A DNA stretch of 50,963 nt from Octopus bimaculoides (lineage: Eukaryota): the NCBI RefSeq assembly GCF_001194135.2, contig NC_068994.1:24777202-24828164 (forward strand), in the 5' to 3' direction. Made by a program: the position numbers and the translations under genes. Below the pieces are notes generated by a model that had not been told where the DNA came from, did no database searches, and was given only the letters and a program-made list of their open reading frames with translations. How positions within the stretch are numbered: the stretch's first letter is position 1; each line of letters begins with the position of its first letter. Positions 1 to 10,139 of the stretch are shown piece by piece.

Positions 1-325
1 ATTGCAGTAAAGGCTTTGTAGATCGTAGGGAGACAGGTTATAGGTCTATAGTTTTGTGGTTTGTCCGTTTCCGTGGATTTGGGGATTAAGATGGTTTTCC
101 CTTTTGTGAGCCATTCAGGCATTGTCTCTGGATCTGCTATTATGTTGTTAAAGTTTTCTGCCAGCTTTTTATGCATTGCTGGCAGGTGTTTTAACCAGAA
201 ATTGGGGATCTTGTCGTGTCCAGGTGCCTTCCAGTTGCTTAGTCTTTGCAGTGTCTGGGTGACCTCTTCAGTTGTTATAGGGGCCCAGAGTTGCTCAGGT
301 GCTAAGTTCGTTGTTTTAATGGTCC

Positions 326-327
<2 letters not shown>
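1..327 (-). mobile_element. R4/Dong-clade non-LTR retrotransposon, RT-domain fragment (5'-truncated, runs off the window start)
   Basis: Manual minus-strand translation is open for about 109 codons: ...ITTEEVTQTLQRLSNWKAPGHDKIPNFWLKHLPAMH...MPEWLTKGKTILIPK...NYRPITCLPTIYKAF. These are RT domain 0/1 motifs of RLE-type LINEs. Not in the ORF track. Confidence 0.85.
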
Positions 328-389
<62 letters not shown>

Positions 390-407
390 TATTATTATTA
401 TTATTAT
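328..407. repeat. (ATT)n/(TAA)n microsatellite
   Basis: Near-perfect ATT run, directly visible; it produces the spurious poly-Ile ORF. Confidence 0.98.
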
Positions 408-1679
408 ACAAGGACACACACACGTAAGAACATATGTATGTAGAGTACATACACATTCTTTTGCCAGTAAGTCAGAGCATGAGATATCCTTTCAACGCGT
501 GAATATTATGGTGTAAAACCTGGTCTGTAACTTGGATCTGGTACAACATGACTACGGCTATTTTCGTTAATTAACTATTGTACTTTAAAATGGCATGCCT
601 CTAACAATTTCCTCTGTCCGCTCTGAAATTAATGTGATTGATCGTCTCTTTATGGACAAATTTGATAATATGAAAAATCGGAACAAGGTGAAAATAATGT
701 TAAAGACATTTATTATGGACAGTAAAGCGAAGGGAATGAAAATGGTAAGTGGGAATGAGCAACAGACACTCGGCAGTTATCAAAAATAAATTGCAAGGGT
801 GTGGAGAATCACGAAGCTCTCAACTTCACTCCATTTGTAAGGAAAGAGGAAATAGAAATCTGACACTGCATATTCGTAGTAAGCAATGGGTACGCAAAAG
901 GTACATTAGATATTGTTGGTTATCTAATAAATACTGAAGTTAATATAATGAAATAAGGTAAGGATTATGAAGCTTTACCACATCAAAATGAAAATCAGAA
1001 TGAAATTTAGATATAAATATATATGCAAATTCCAGGTTGAATCCTATAGATCTTGACGTGATCACCAAGAATTAATTTTCTCCCTCGTCAAAAAGAAATA
1101 AAATGAAAACGATAACAGCTCCAAGGGATGTAACTGTTCTAGAAATTACTGTTTTAAGGGAGAGTACTTTTCATACTTTACGGTGAGATCAAAAGCATTC
1201 TAGCTGTGAACACCCTATCTTTAGATGTACAACATCTGCTTTGGACATCTCGGGAGTTTAGCACCTTAAATTCACATTTGCTTTTTTTTTTTAAGTAGAA
1301 ATACATGATAATATAGTCATACATGAAGTCAAAGTATTTTTTAAAAGATTTATTTCTGCATTTTTTTGTTTATCCAATTATTTTCGTTTTTTTTTTTTTT
1401 TATAGCTAAATATTCTAGCTTAGCTGGCACACCTCAAGTATCAACGTCTCTTTTTCATGACAATTAAACTATTACCACCCAAATCCAAAAGTCCAAGCCG
1501 TAACATGTCAGAAAAAAAAATCAATCCATGAACACTGAATAATGTGCATAATTTTATGTAATAACTAGCATCCTCGTGTCATCTAGGATGCCGACAGTTT
1601 GATTAATGATAGAAAATGGTGCATCAAAACAATGGGGGAAACCAATGATAAATGTCAGCAATCGAGTAGATTATATTTA

Positions 1680-2292
1680 NNNNNNNNNNNNNNNNNNNNN
1701 NNNNNNNNNNNNNNNNNNNNNNNNNNNNNNNNNNNNNNNNNNNNNNNNNNNNNNNNNNNNNNNNNNNNNNNNNNNNNNNNNNNNNNNNNNNNNNNNNNNN
1801 NNNNNNNNNNNNNNNNNNNNNNNNNNNNNNNNNNNNNNNNNNNNNNNNNNNNNNNNNNNNNNNNNNNNNNNNNNNNNNNNNNNNNNNNNNNNNNNNNNNN
1901 NNNNNNNNNNNNNNNNNNNNNNNNNNNNNNNNNNNNNNNNNNNNNNNNNNNNNNNNNNNNNNNNNNNNNNNNNNNNNNNNNNNNNNNNNNNNNNNNNNNN
2001 NNNNNNNNNNNNNNNNNNNNNNNNNNNNNNNNNNNNNNNNNNNNNNNNNNNNNNNNNNNNNNNNNNNNNNNNNNNNNNNNNNNNNNNNNNNNNNNNNNNN
2101 NNNNNNNNNNNNNNNNNNNNNNNNNNNNNNNNNNNNNNNNNNNNNNNNNNNNNNNNNNNNNNNNNNNNNNNNNNNNNNNNNNNNNNNNNNNNNNNNNNNN
2201 NNNNNNNNNNNNNNNNNNNNNNNNNNNNNNNNNNNNNNNNNNNNNNNNNNNNNNNNNNNNNNNNNNNNNNNNNNNNNNNNNNNNNNNNNNNN
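1680..2292. other. Assembly gap (N run)
   Basis: N run. Other large gaps lie at 13563-13767, 34059-34158 and 39701-39941, plus several 10-N joins. Confidence 0.99.
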
Positions 2293-2343
2293 ATGTGTAT
2301 GTATGTATATATACTTTATTTAAAAGCAGCAGAAATATGATAG

Positions 2344-2389
2344 AAAACTGTTACTCGGAGTTTCACGTTCCCGTTCATCGGACAGTTTT
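2344..2389 (-). ncRNA. Minimal type I hammerhead ribozyme (U4C core variant), candidate
   Basis: Minus-strand RNA: AAAACUGU-CCGAUGA-ACG[GGAA]CGU-GAA-ACUC[C]GAGU-A/ACAGUUUU. Perfect 8-bp stem I, 3-bp stem II with a GNRA loop, near-palindromic stem III, GUA cleavage triplet. Confidence 0.8.
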
Positions 2390-2944
2390 GTTAGAAATGA
2401 GAGAGAAATGACGATGCAATCAAAACTAATATAAATTAAAAAACATGGATCTGTTTCATTGGTCGTTTCAAATAACGGTTTTATGTATGCAATGAACAAA
2501 ATAAACAAAACAAATGAATTCAATATAGATTCATCCTATTTTTAAAAGATCAAAGAAAACATTAAATTGAAACGTGGGTTCAAAATACATATTGTAAATA
2601 ATTATATTCGAATTAAAACATTAAAATTAAAATAAAATATACACTGCATTAAAAATAAAATATAAAATTTTTACAACAGCATATATGCATACTAGACTAT
2701 CTACGGCATACACATATACATCAAAATACACAGATGCATACGTACAGACAATATACGTGTATAGGCATATATTTGTAAGACATAAATACATGCATGAATA
2801 CGCATGTATACACATACACATATGCACGCAATCATGCTCGCGCACGAAAATTATTCAGCGCTGTAACAAGCAAGTGTATCTTAAACTTATGAAGTAACGT
2901 ATCGATAAGGACGTTACTAATGTAGAAAGAGAGAAAGTGTGGTT

Positions 2945-3375
2945 TTCGTGAGGAAGGAAAGAAAGAAAGGAAGAAAGGAGAGAAAGAATGGAGGAAAGAA
3001 GGGAAGAAAGAAGTAGAGAAAGAAAGAGAGAAAGAAGGGAAGATAGTAAGAAGGAAGTGTAGCGTATATAACAAACGTACACAAAATTGGATTATGTATA
3101 TATGTGTAAACAAAAATGTATATTAGCATCACATATACAGATATATAGGGAAATGTACGCGAATACACAAACATAATTGTATACATGCGTATGCACACGT
3201 TCAAGTATGTATGTGTGTAAACCTGAGCGCACATTCTCATACATAACATAGACGCACACACACGAATATATGTATGTGTAAATATAAGCATACACTCTTA
3301 CCCATGCATATACGAAGACGCACACACACGAAACCATGTATATATGTGCACACATACGAATACATATGCATTGCT
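2945..3375. repeat. Low-complexity block: GAAA/GGAA purine tract, then degenerate (CA/TA)n
   Basis: Directly visible; explains several overlapping junk ORFs. Confidence 0.85.
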
Positions 3376-3744
3376 ACAATACAGACATCCACGTAAAAAA
3401 CTTTTAGGTCTCAACGCATATATGCAGACAACTTTTTAAGAAATCGCTGAGTGTATAAAAGCTAAAATTGGGCAAAAAATACATAATAGAATTCCATATA
3501 TCGAACCATCCATAAAAACGGTTAAATTTGTTTACAAAATATTTTCAAATAAATACAAATAAAATAGAATAAAGTAAAATAAAAACAAGAAAACTATGCA
3601 TATAACAGTCGAAGGCTTTCTTAAAAAGACGTAGGGATCTATATAAAATTCTTGCAATGCGCAGTAAATCATGTATAATGCGGTACAAATCCAATAGTGA
3701 GATTGCAAACGGCTTCGAGGAGTCAAACATTATCAAAAATATAC

Positions 3745-4283
3745 TACTCATATGGTATGTTATTCGCTGACATTTTAAATTTAGACGCATGTCTACATGA
3801 ATTTTAAAATTCGCGTCTTTGGTTCAAAGCTTTCTTGTCTTGGAATAAGATATGGAACTTTTCTAACAAACACAACTCGCATTTAATTGGTCTTTTATGG
3901 ACACTGTGCCTATAAGGTGATGCTCTACCTAAAATCTTCCATGTCACGTTGAAAGGTCGGGCTTCGTTTACTTTTAATTGCCAGACGTATTTTGCCAGGC
4001 TATTCTTTGTCCTATTTTCGGGGTATCTGAAAGAATTTTTGTGCGAATAAAGCCTGGTTTTGAATGAATTTTCCGAAGCCCCTGTATAAGTTCTATAATC
4101 GTGTGAGCCTTCTATCTGGACTTTGGCTCTATACATGATACCATTTTCTAGACATCTCCCTTCCAACGGACAGGAGGTTCCATTTTTGAAGTTGCAGCTT
4201 TTTGGAAAAGAATCGGCATTATGATTTTTGGTAATTATCTTGATGTTGTGCAGGTTAATCAAAGAGGCAAAGATGCTCATACG
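3745..4283 (-). mobile_element. Penelope-like element (Neptune-type) GIY-YIG endonuclease C-terminal fragment
   Basis: ORF 3804..4280: SCNFKNGTSCPLEGRCL (Cys cluster), then IMYRAKV...YTGASENSFKTRLYSHKNSF...SLAKYVWQLK...CELCLLEK...LNQRREF. Reading through the stop gives NSCRHASKFK, matching the typical C-terminus. Confidence 0.85.
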
Positions 4284-4519
4284 CTTACATCTTCAAAATA
4301 AATTTAATATTCTTTCCGTTTAACAGTGGGTGGTCCTCATTGGCTGTAAATTGAAACAATATTACATTTTTATTTTCAAACGCAGAGTGAGTGAAGCTAG
4401 AATCAGAGCAATTCATGCCAGGGATCTGGTGTAATGCTATGGAGAACATAAAAGTGTAGCCGATGTCGAACCTATATAAATGTTTAATCATACATTAATT
4501 ATCCCGTCCTTGAATGTAT

Positions 4520-4850
4520 TTCAGAGCCAGATCAGGCATTTGGCAAAATCGGCTGAGGCCAATATTGAGACTTCTCAAGGTGAACAACCATATATCAGCC
4601 CAACCTTATTTTCATATGGAACCGATGTCACCTTGATGTGAATATGACATTGGGCTGATGTCAACCCAAGAGACCAAAATCTCACATCGGCCCAACTTCA
4701 AATTCATATCAGGCTGATATCGGGGAATATATCAGCCCGATGTTGCACCGTGTTGCAAAATGAGATCAGGCCGAAACCAAACTGACACAATTTTCGATGT
4801 AGGACCGATATAGATAACAACATGGGTTTGATATTGGTCTGATATGGTTT
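4520..4850. repeat. Cluster of degenerate ATATCRGYCYRAY-like motifs in both orientations (unclassified, possibly subterminal repeats of a DNA transposon)
   Basis: About eight motif copies, e.g. 4592 atatcagcccaac, 4650 ttgggctgatgt, 4685 acatcggcccaac, 4729 atatcagcccgat, 4831 atattggtctgatat. Confidence 0.5.
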
Positions 4851-4856
4851 TGCTGG

Positions 4857-5127
4857 CTGGGTTATCATTTAAATATATATGAGCATGTTTAGATATGCAG
4901 CTATACACATGTAAATACATACATAAAATATACAAATCTGCACATACATACAAACAAACAAAAATACCCTGTTGTTGATGTTGAAATTCCAATGAAGATG
5001 CCTTGGATCTTGGTTAGAAACCGGTTCTTTCTCTATTGGCAAGAAATCTTGAAATAAACTGAATAATGACATACATACATACATACATACATGCACACAT
5101 ACATACATACATACATACATACATACA
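4857..5127 (+). mobile_element. 3'-UTR unit of the R4-like family, ending in (ATAC)n
   Basis: Matches the units at 25145-26015 (gttgatgttgaaattccaatg...gaaaccggttctttctctattggc...gaataatgac plus ATAC tail). Confidence 0.8.
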
Positions 5128-7115
5128 ATCATAATGGCATCGTCAACATCGGATGTGCAAGTGTAGAGGACTGTTCAAAGAGTCCGTTTTGAACGCCTTC
5201 CTCTAGAAATATGCCAACTTCTCCAGCCTAAATTGGTAACTGGTTTATTTCTCCAATAATTAATAAAAGCAACATCCTTTACTCACTAACGTAGCGTTAA
5301 CCTGAACAGATTTTAAAATGTACATCTACATCACATGAACTCTCACTAACATGATTATGGTTGAAATTAACAACGTCGCCACTGATGTAGACAGAACTAC
5401 TTCAGCAGTAAGTTATTTAAGAAGATATAAGTACTCTTCTCATTTTACTTCGACTCAACAACCATACAAAAATTTACTTCGATATTATGAAAAAACCCGA
5501 GATGACCCTCCAATCGGATACATGAATCGGTTAAAACAATACTAGGATGAAGGTCATCCCAACTTAAATACCCGAAAGAAAGGAAGTCTTACCTAAATAT
5601 CTTCACGTCGAAACAATTCCGACAACAAGCATCTTTTGTAAAAACAAATCAACTGGGCCTCGATCCTCCCAAAACACTGATAATGGACCAACATCTGCCA
5701 GAAGTGGCGTAAAAAATAATGTAAGCAAACAACCGCTCTCACCATTGCTAAATTCGGAAAAACTAGATCCCTAAATTCTAGTGTCTCCAAATTTAGTTGA
5801 CTCGGTAGCGAAGGCTGCGGAATACATCCAACTCAAAAACATTTACAATTCGCAAAAAGCTTTGTTACTTTCTTGAAGCTTTCGTTGAGCAACAGACCAT
5901 TCCCAACAAGAGCGAGAAAAATATCTGACTTAATGTTTAAAGTTATCAACAATGTCGCTGGAGAGCACATGGAATTCTGTGATGTTAATTACTGGAATAT
6001 AAATACTCTTATATATACAGTCGCCATTGCTCTTAAAGAACACCTAGGAGAAATCTACAGTGAACTAAGTAACGAAATTGCTAACCGGAAACAACCTAGA
6101 TGGAAAACAAAACTTGAAGAAAACATCAACAACGTGCACTGCCATAACGGATGGTCAACTATAACAATAAAATCTAAGATGTAAAATGAATTTACACCTG
6201 ACCAACTCTACCTCAGACAAAAATTACTGAAACTTTGAGCAACTCTTCACACCGAGCTCTTGAGGGAAAGCTAATTACTTTAAAACATGAACTCAGGACG
6301 ATGAGTGAGAAACTCCGCTATCACATGCGGATTTTTGAATGAGCCAGTATCAGTCGCAAGTTTGTTTCCAACCCACAAGCATTATACAGAGAGATGAGGA
6401 AGGAAAACATTACCATTAAGAAAGCTCTCTCCCAAGAAGATCTACAACCATTCTGGTCAAAAATTTGGAACGAAAAGAAGGATTTCAACCTGGATGCATC
6501 AATTGAGAGAGACTACTGTGCCAACACTCACAGTAAAACATACAAAACTGATGCAGAAACTTTTGCTATAGCAGCAGGCAAACTGCAGAATGGAAAGGCA
6601 CCTGGAAGGGACCTAATAGTTGGATATTGGTACAAGAAACTGACATATTATAGAAACCAATTGATGTGTATGTTCAAAAGGACTATAGAAGGTCAGACTG
6701 ATTACCACATTGGCTTGCTACAGTAGGAACAAATCTTGTTGCCAAAAATGAAACCACCGAGATGGCAGGAAACTACAGGCCTAATGCTTGCCTAAAGATT
6801 ATGTACAAACTGTACACAAGTTGCCTCAACCAATTCCTCCAGGATCATTGTGAGTCGAACAACATTCTGACTGATGAACAGGCTGTGGAAAGAAGTAAGT
6901 GTGGGAATGTGCTGAACAACCTTTAATAAACTAAGCTGTACTGTCTGAAGTAAGAAAACAATGTAGAAACCTTGTAACAGTATGGCTTAACTATAGGAAG
7001 GCATTCAACTCTATCCTTCATTCATGGCTGTTGACGTGCCTACATCTGGCAAAAGTACCTACTACCTTAATTGCTGCTGTAGAGAGACTCACAAAACATG
7101 AACAACAATTCTTAC
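5128..7115 (+). mobile_element. Degenerate R4/Dong-clade retrotransposon, 5' half through RT, cut by the hAT insertion
   Basis: Fragments in shifting frames: NLLRYYEKTRDDPPIGYMNRLKQY (N-terminal), PRWKTKLEENI, QPFWSKIWNE...GKAPGRDLIVGYWYKKL, GNYRP.ACLKIMYKLYTS, VWLNYRKAFNSILHSWL. Confidence 0.8.
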
Positions 7116-7260
7116 CAGTGTTGCCAAGTTAAAATCAGAATTTTATGCTAAATTTCAGTAGAAAAAATACCAATAAAATGCTAAAAAATGCTAAAGACTA
7201 ATTATATCAAAAAACTTAATTTTTATTTACATTTTTATTTACTTTCTTTAATTATATTCA

Positions 7261-9463
7261 TCATTGAGAAATAATTTCTTGAATTTCACTGATTTGATCA
7301 CTTTTAGCTGCAATGCCTTGATTTCTGTATACATTCAAGGTCCCAATCTTGTTAATTATGTGTTTTGGAATATCGAAGTTTTTGTAACATTTGCTATATC
7401 TTTTCAGGCCATATTTTATAGACAGTACTGATCTAAGCATTGGAAGATGCATTTTGTTTTTCAATTTCGATTTGATTACACCCATACTACTGAACAACCG
7501 TTCAACTTCTGCATTTGAGATTGGCAACGTCAAAAGATTAATGGCAAAATTTGCAACATCTCTAAAAGGATTTCCTCCAGTAGCATCTTTATATTCCAAG
7601 ACTTCCAGCCAGAATGCCTCAGTATTAACTTTAATGAATGCTATCAAACTGAATTTCAATTGAAGCAATTTTTTCTTCATTTAAATGCATTGCTTCTAAG
7701 ATAGGTAAAATTGGCTCTTTGAAATGCTGCAAAATATTCTCTACTGAAAAGCATTTGATATTCCTCAGTAATTTAATATTTCCTGGCAAACGGTGCTTGA
7801 GCTCTTTATAAAGGCAGAGTAAAAATTGTTGTGCTCTTTTGCGAATATTATTTTCTTCGGTGGCTGTTCCAGTCTTTTTGATAATCAGTTCTGCTATTTT
7901 TCTCTTGAACCTGTAGCCTTAATTTGGTTTAGGATCCAGAATTTTTTCACTAGAAGCATCAGGATCAAGAGGATCAATTCTACATGTTGGCAACACTATC
8001 ATATTAGCAACAGATTTGATCAAATTTGAAAGATCTTCAAGTAATTTTGTTTTGTCAACAGTGTTTAATTCAAACAGTTTATTCACTTCNNNNNNNNNNA
8101 AAGCTCCACAAGGCTCCGGCAGGGGATGGTGGCGAACCCTGCTGTACTCTTTCACCACAACTTTCTCTCACTCTTTCTTCCTGTTTCTGTTGTGCCTGTA
8201 ATTCAAAGGGTCAGCCTTGTCACACTGTGTCATGCTGAATATCCCCGAGAACTACGTTAAGGGTACACATGTCTGTGGAGTGCTCAGCCACTTGCACATT
8301 AATTTCACAAGCAGGCTGTTCCGTTGATCGGATCAACTGGAACCCTCGACGTCGTAAGCGACGGAGTGCCAACAACAATTCACTTCCTGAACATGTTTTA
8401 AAATTGGATGCAAAAATAAAAGGTAAAGTTCATTCCTAGAATCATAAAACATTTCATGTAACGTTTGTGTTGTAAAGCATTTTTCTTTTGTAGTTGTAGT
8501 TTGGAAGCGAGTTTGCAATTCAAACCATTGGCTTAAAATTCTATTTACTGCTGGTTCTATTGACAGCCACCTTGTTGTACAAGAATTCACGATCTTCAAA
8601 GGCTCTTTGTCATTGATAGCAAGGTAAAGTTGTTTGTAGGCACTTTGTCTTGTTGAAGAGAGGACCATTTACCGGTTTCAGATACTAAAAATTCTAAATT
8701 TATGGGCAAGCATTCAGCACAAGTGTGAGATACTGCCAACTGTAAAGAATGACATACACATCTAAATAAAAGGAACTTCTTTTAATTTCTGGAAAACACC
8801 ATTGTTGACTCTTGTCATTACTCTAGCATTGTCAGTTCCTATAGCCAGTAAATTTTTTATATCTAATTTCTTTTTCACTAATTCAATTTTTAAGGCATCT
8901 ACAATGCCATCTGTATCATATGTTTCTAAAGATACCATACTGAGATATGTATGTACCACTTTTTTGTGAGTGTCACTATAATATATGATAACAATTCCTA
9001 ACAACTTGTTTATCAATATATCATTGGATTCATCTAATAACAGGCTAAATTTTCTATCCCCTATATCAGAAATCAAATTTCCATCAAAATATGGAGCTAG
9101 AACATTTCTCACAATATTTGTACATTTTGTATGATGCAACTTCACTTTGGATGTAATATCACTTTCAGACTGGCAACAAATAAACATTGTTAAATTTGCT
9201 TCAAGCATAGATGTCTTATCATTTTTGGTTTTAATAAAATTGGTAAGAGGAATCATTTGCTGTGGAGTTGATGCCTTATGTTTCTTTGCTTCACAGTGGC
9301 TTACTAAAAGAGAATATTTTACCAACATATTACATCTACAATATCTGCAATGTGCTTTAGATTGGTCACTAGGTACTTCACACATCTACTTAGTAAATGC
9401 TGACATCTTAAGCCATTCCTTTCGGAATTTTTGCTGGTACAACTTTGTTTTTTCTTTGTTCAT
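7261..9463 (-). pseudogene. hAT transposase pseudogene (stops, frameshifts, SINE insertion)
   Basis: N-terminal CxxC..H (AHCRYCRCNM...SHCEAKKH); FSLLLDESND; AIGTDNARVM; TRWLSIEPAVNRIL; C-terminal dimerisation-type LLTLPISNAEVERLFSSM. Confidence 0.85.
8100..8378 (+). mobile_element. SINE-like retroposon inserted in the hAT transposase
   Basis: TSD attcacttc at 8081-8089 and 8378-8386; removing the insert rejoins QEVN|KLFELN. The 3' tail with two stem-loops and an (AAC)n end is shared with 27456-27620. Confidence 0.8.
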
Positions 9464-10139
9464 TATAATGTAGTGGGAAGCAAGAAAATAAATTGAATGA
9501 TAAATAGAAATATAAAATTGAAAACACAACTTATCAATTTGCCGCTAACAATTCTTTCATTCGTCATTAACATTTCTTATGTTTGCTGCTTACAAATTCT
9601 TGAGGTGAAGAATGCTGATTCAGGATGCATGGTGGCCAACTTATAAATGGAGAAGTAAAATCTGCAGAAATACTAAAACTGTGTTCTGATATAAACCTGG
9701 GAACATCATATTTCACTTCCAATCTTACACTTAACATCTATTAGTAAAACCAAAAATATAACCACAATACTTGAAAAAAAAAAAAAAGAAGAAGTAGAAA
9801 TATAAAGGGGGAGACCCCCGCCATCCCCATACTTCTATACAAGATTTTTAATCCAAAACAAGCATGAAAAACACAGGGTTATTTTATAACAGTCAAACTG
9901 AAAGTAAATCAGTCAATCTGTCATGATAAAAACTCATCACTACAGAATAAAGCATTGTTAGGACGAATTTCCATGCTTTCGTTCTTTGCAACATATTTAC
10001 ATTATTGTGTAGTGAGTTCAAGTGCTGACATGAGTTATCTTCTCTCCCTTCCCCAACCAACACCACTCTGTATCCAAGCCGGTGGGTGGGGCTGGAAAAG
10101 TTCATAACTTAATAAACTTCCTTTTGATAAACTTTCATT

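Larger units (their letters stand above)
7116..9708 (-). mobile_element. hAT-superfamily DNA transposon with degenerate TIRs
   Basis: Left TIR cagtgttgccaagttaaaatcagaa (7116-7140) matches the reverse complement of 9684-9708 at 18/25 positions. A transposase pseudogene lies inside. No clean 8-bp TSD seen. Confidence 0.8.

Noticed and set aside
61-516. 151-aa ORF with poly-Ile
   Set aside because: It is the antisense of the R4 RT fragment plus the (ATT)n microsatellite.
1599-2411. Long ORFs spanning N runs (also 13394-14104, 34002-34215, 39634-40156)
   Set aside because: They are open only because N codons contain no stops.
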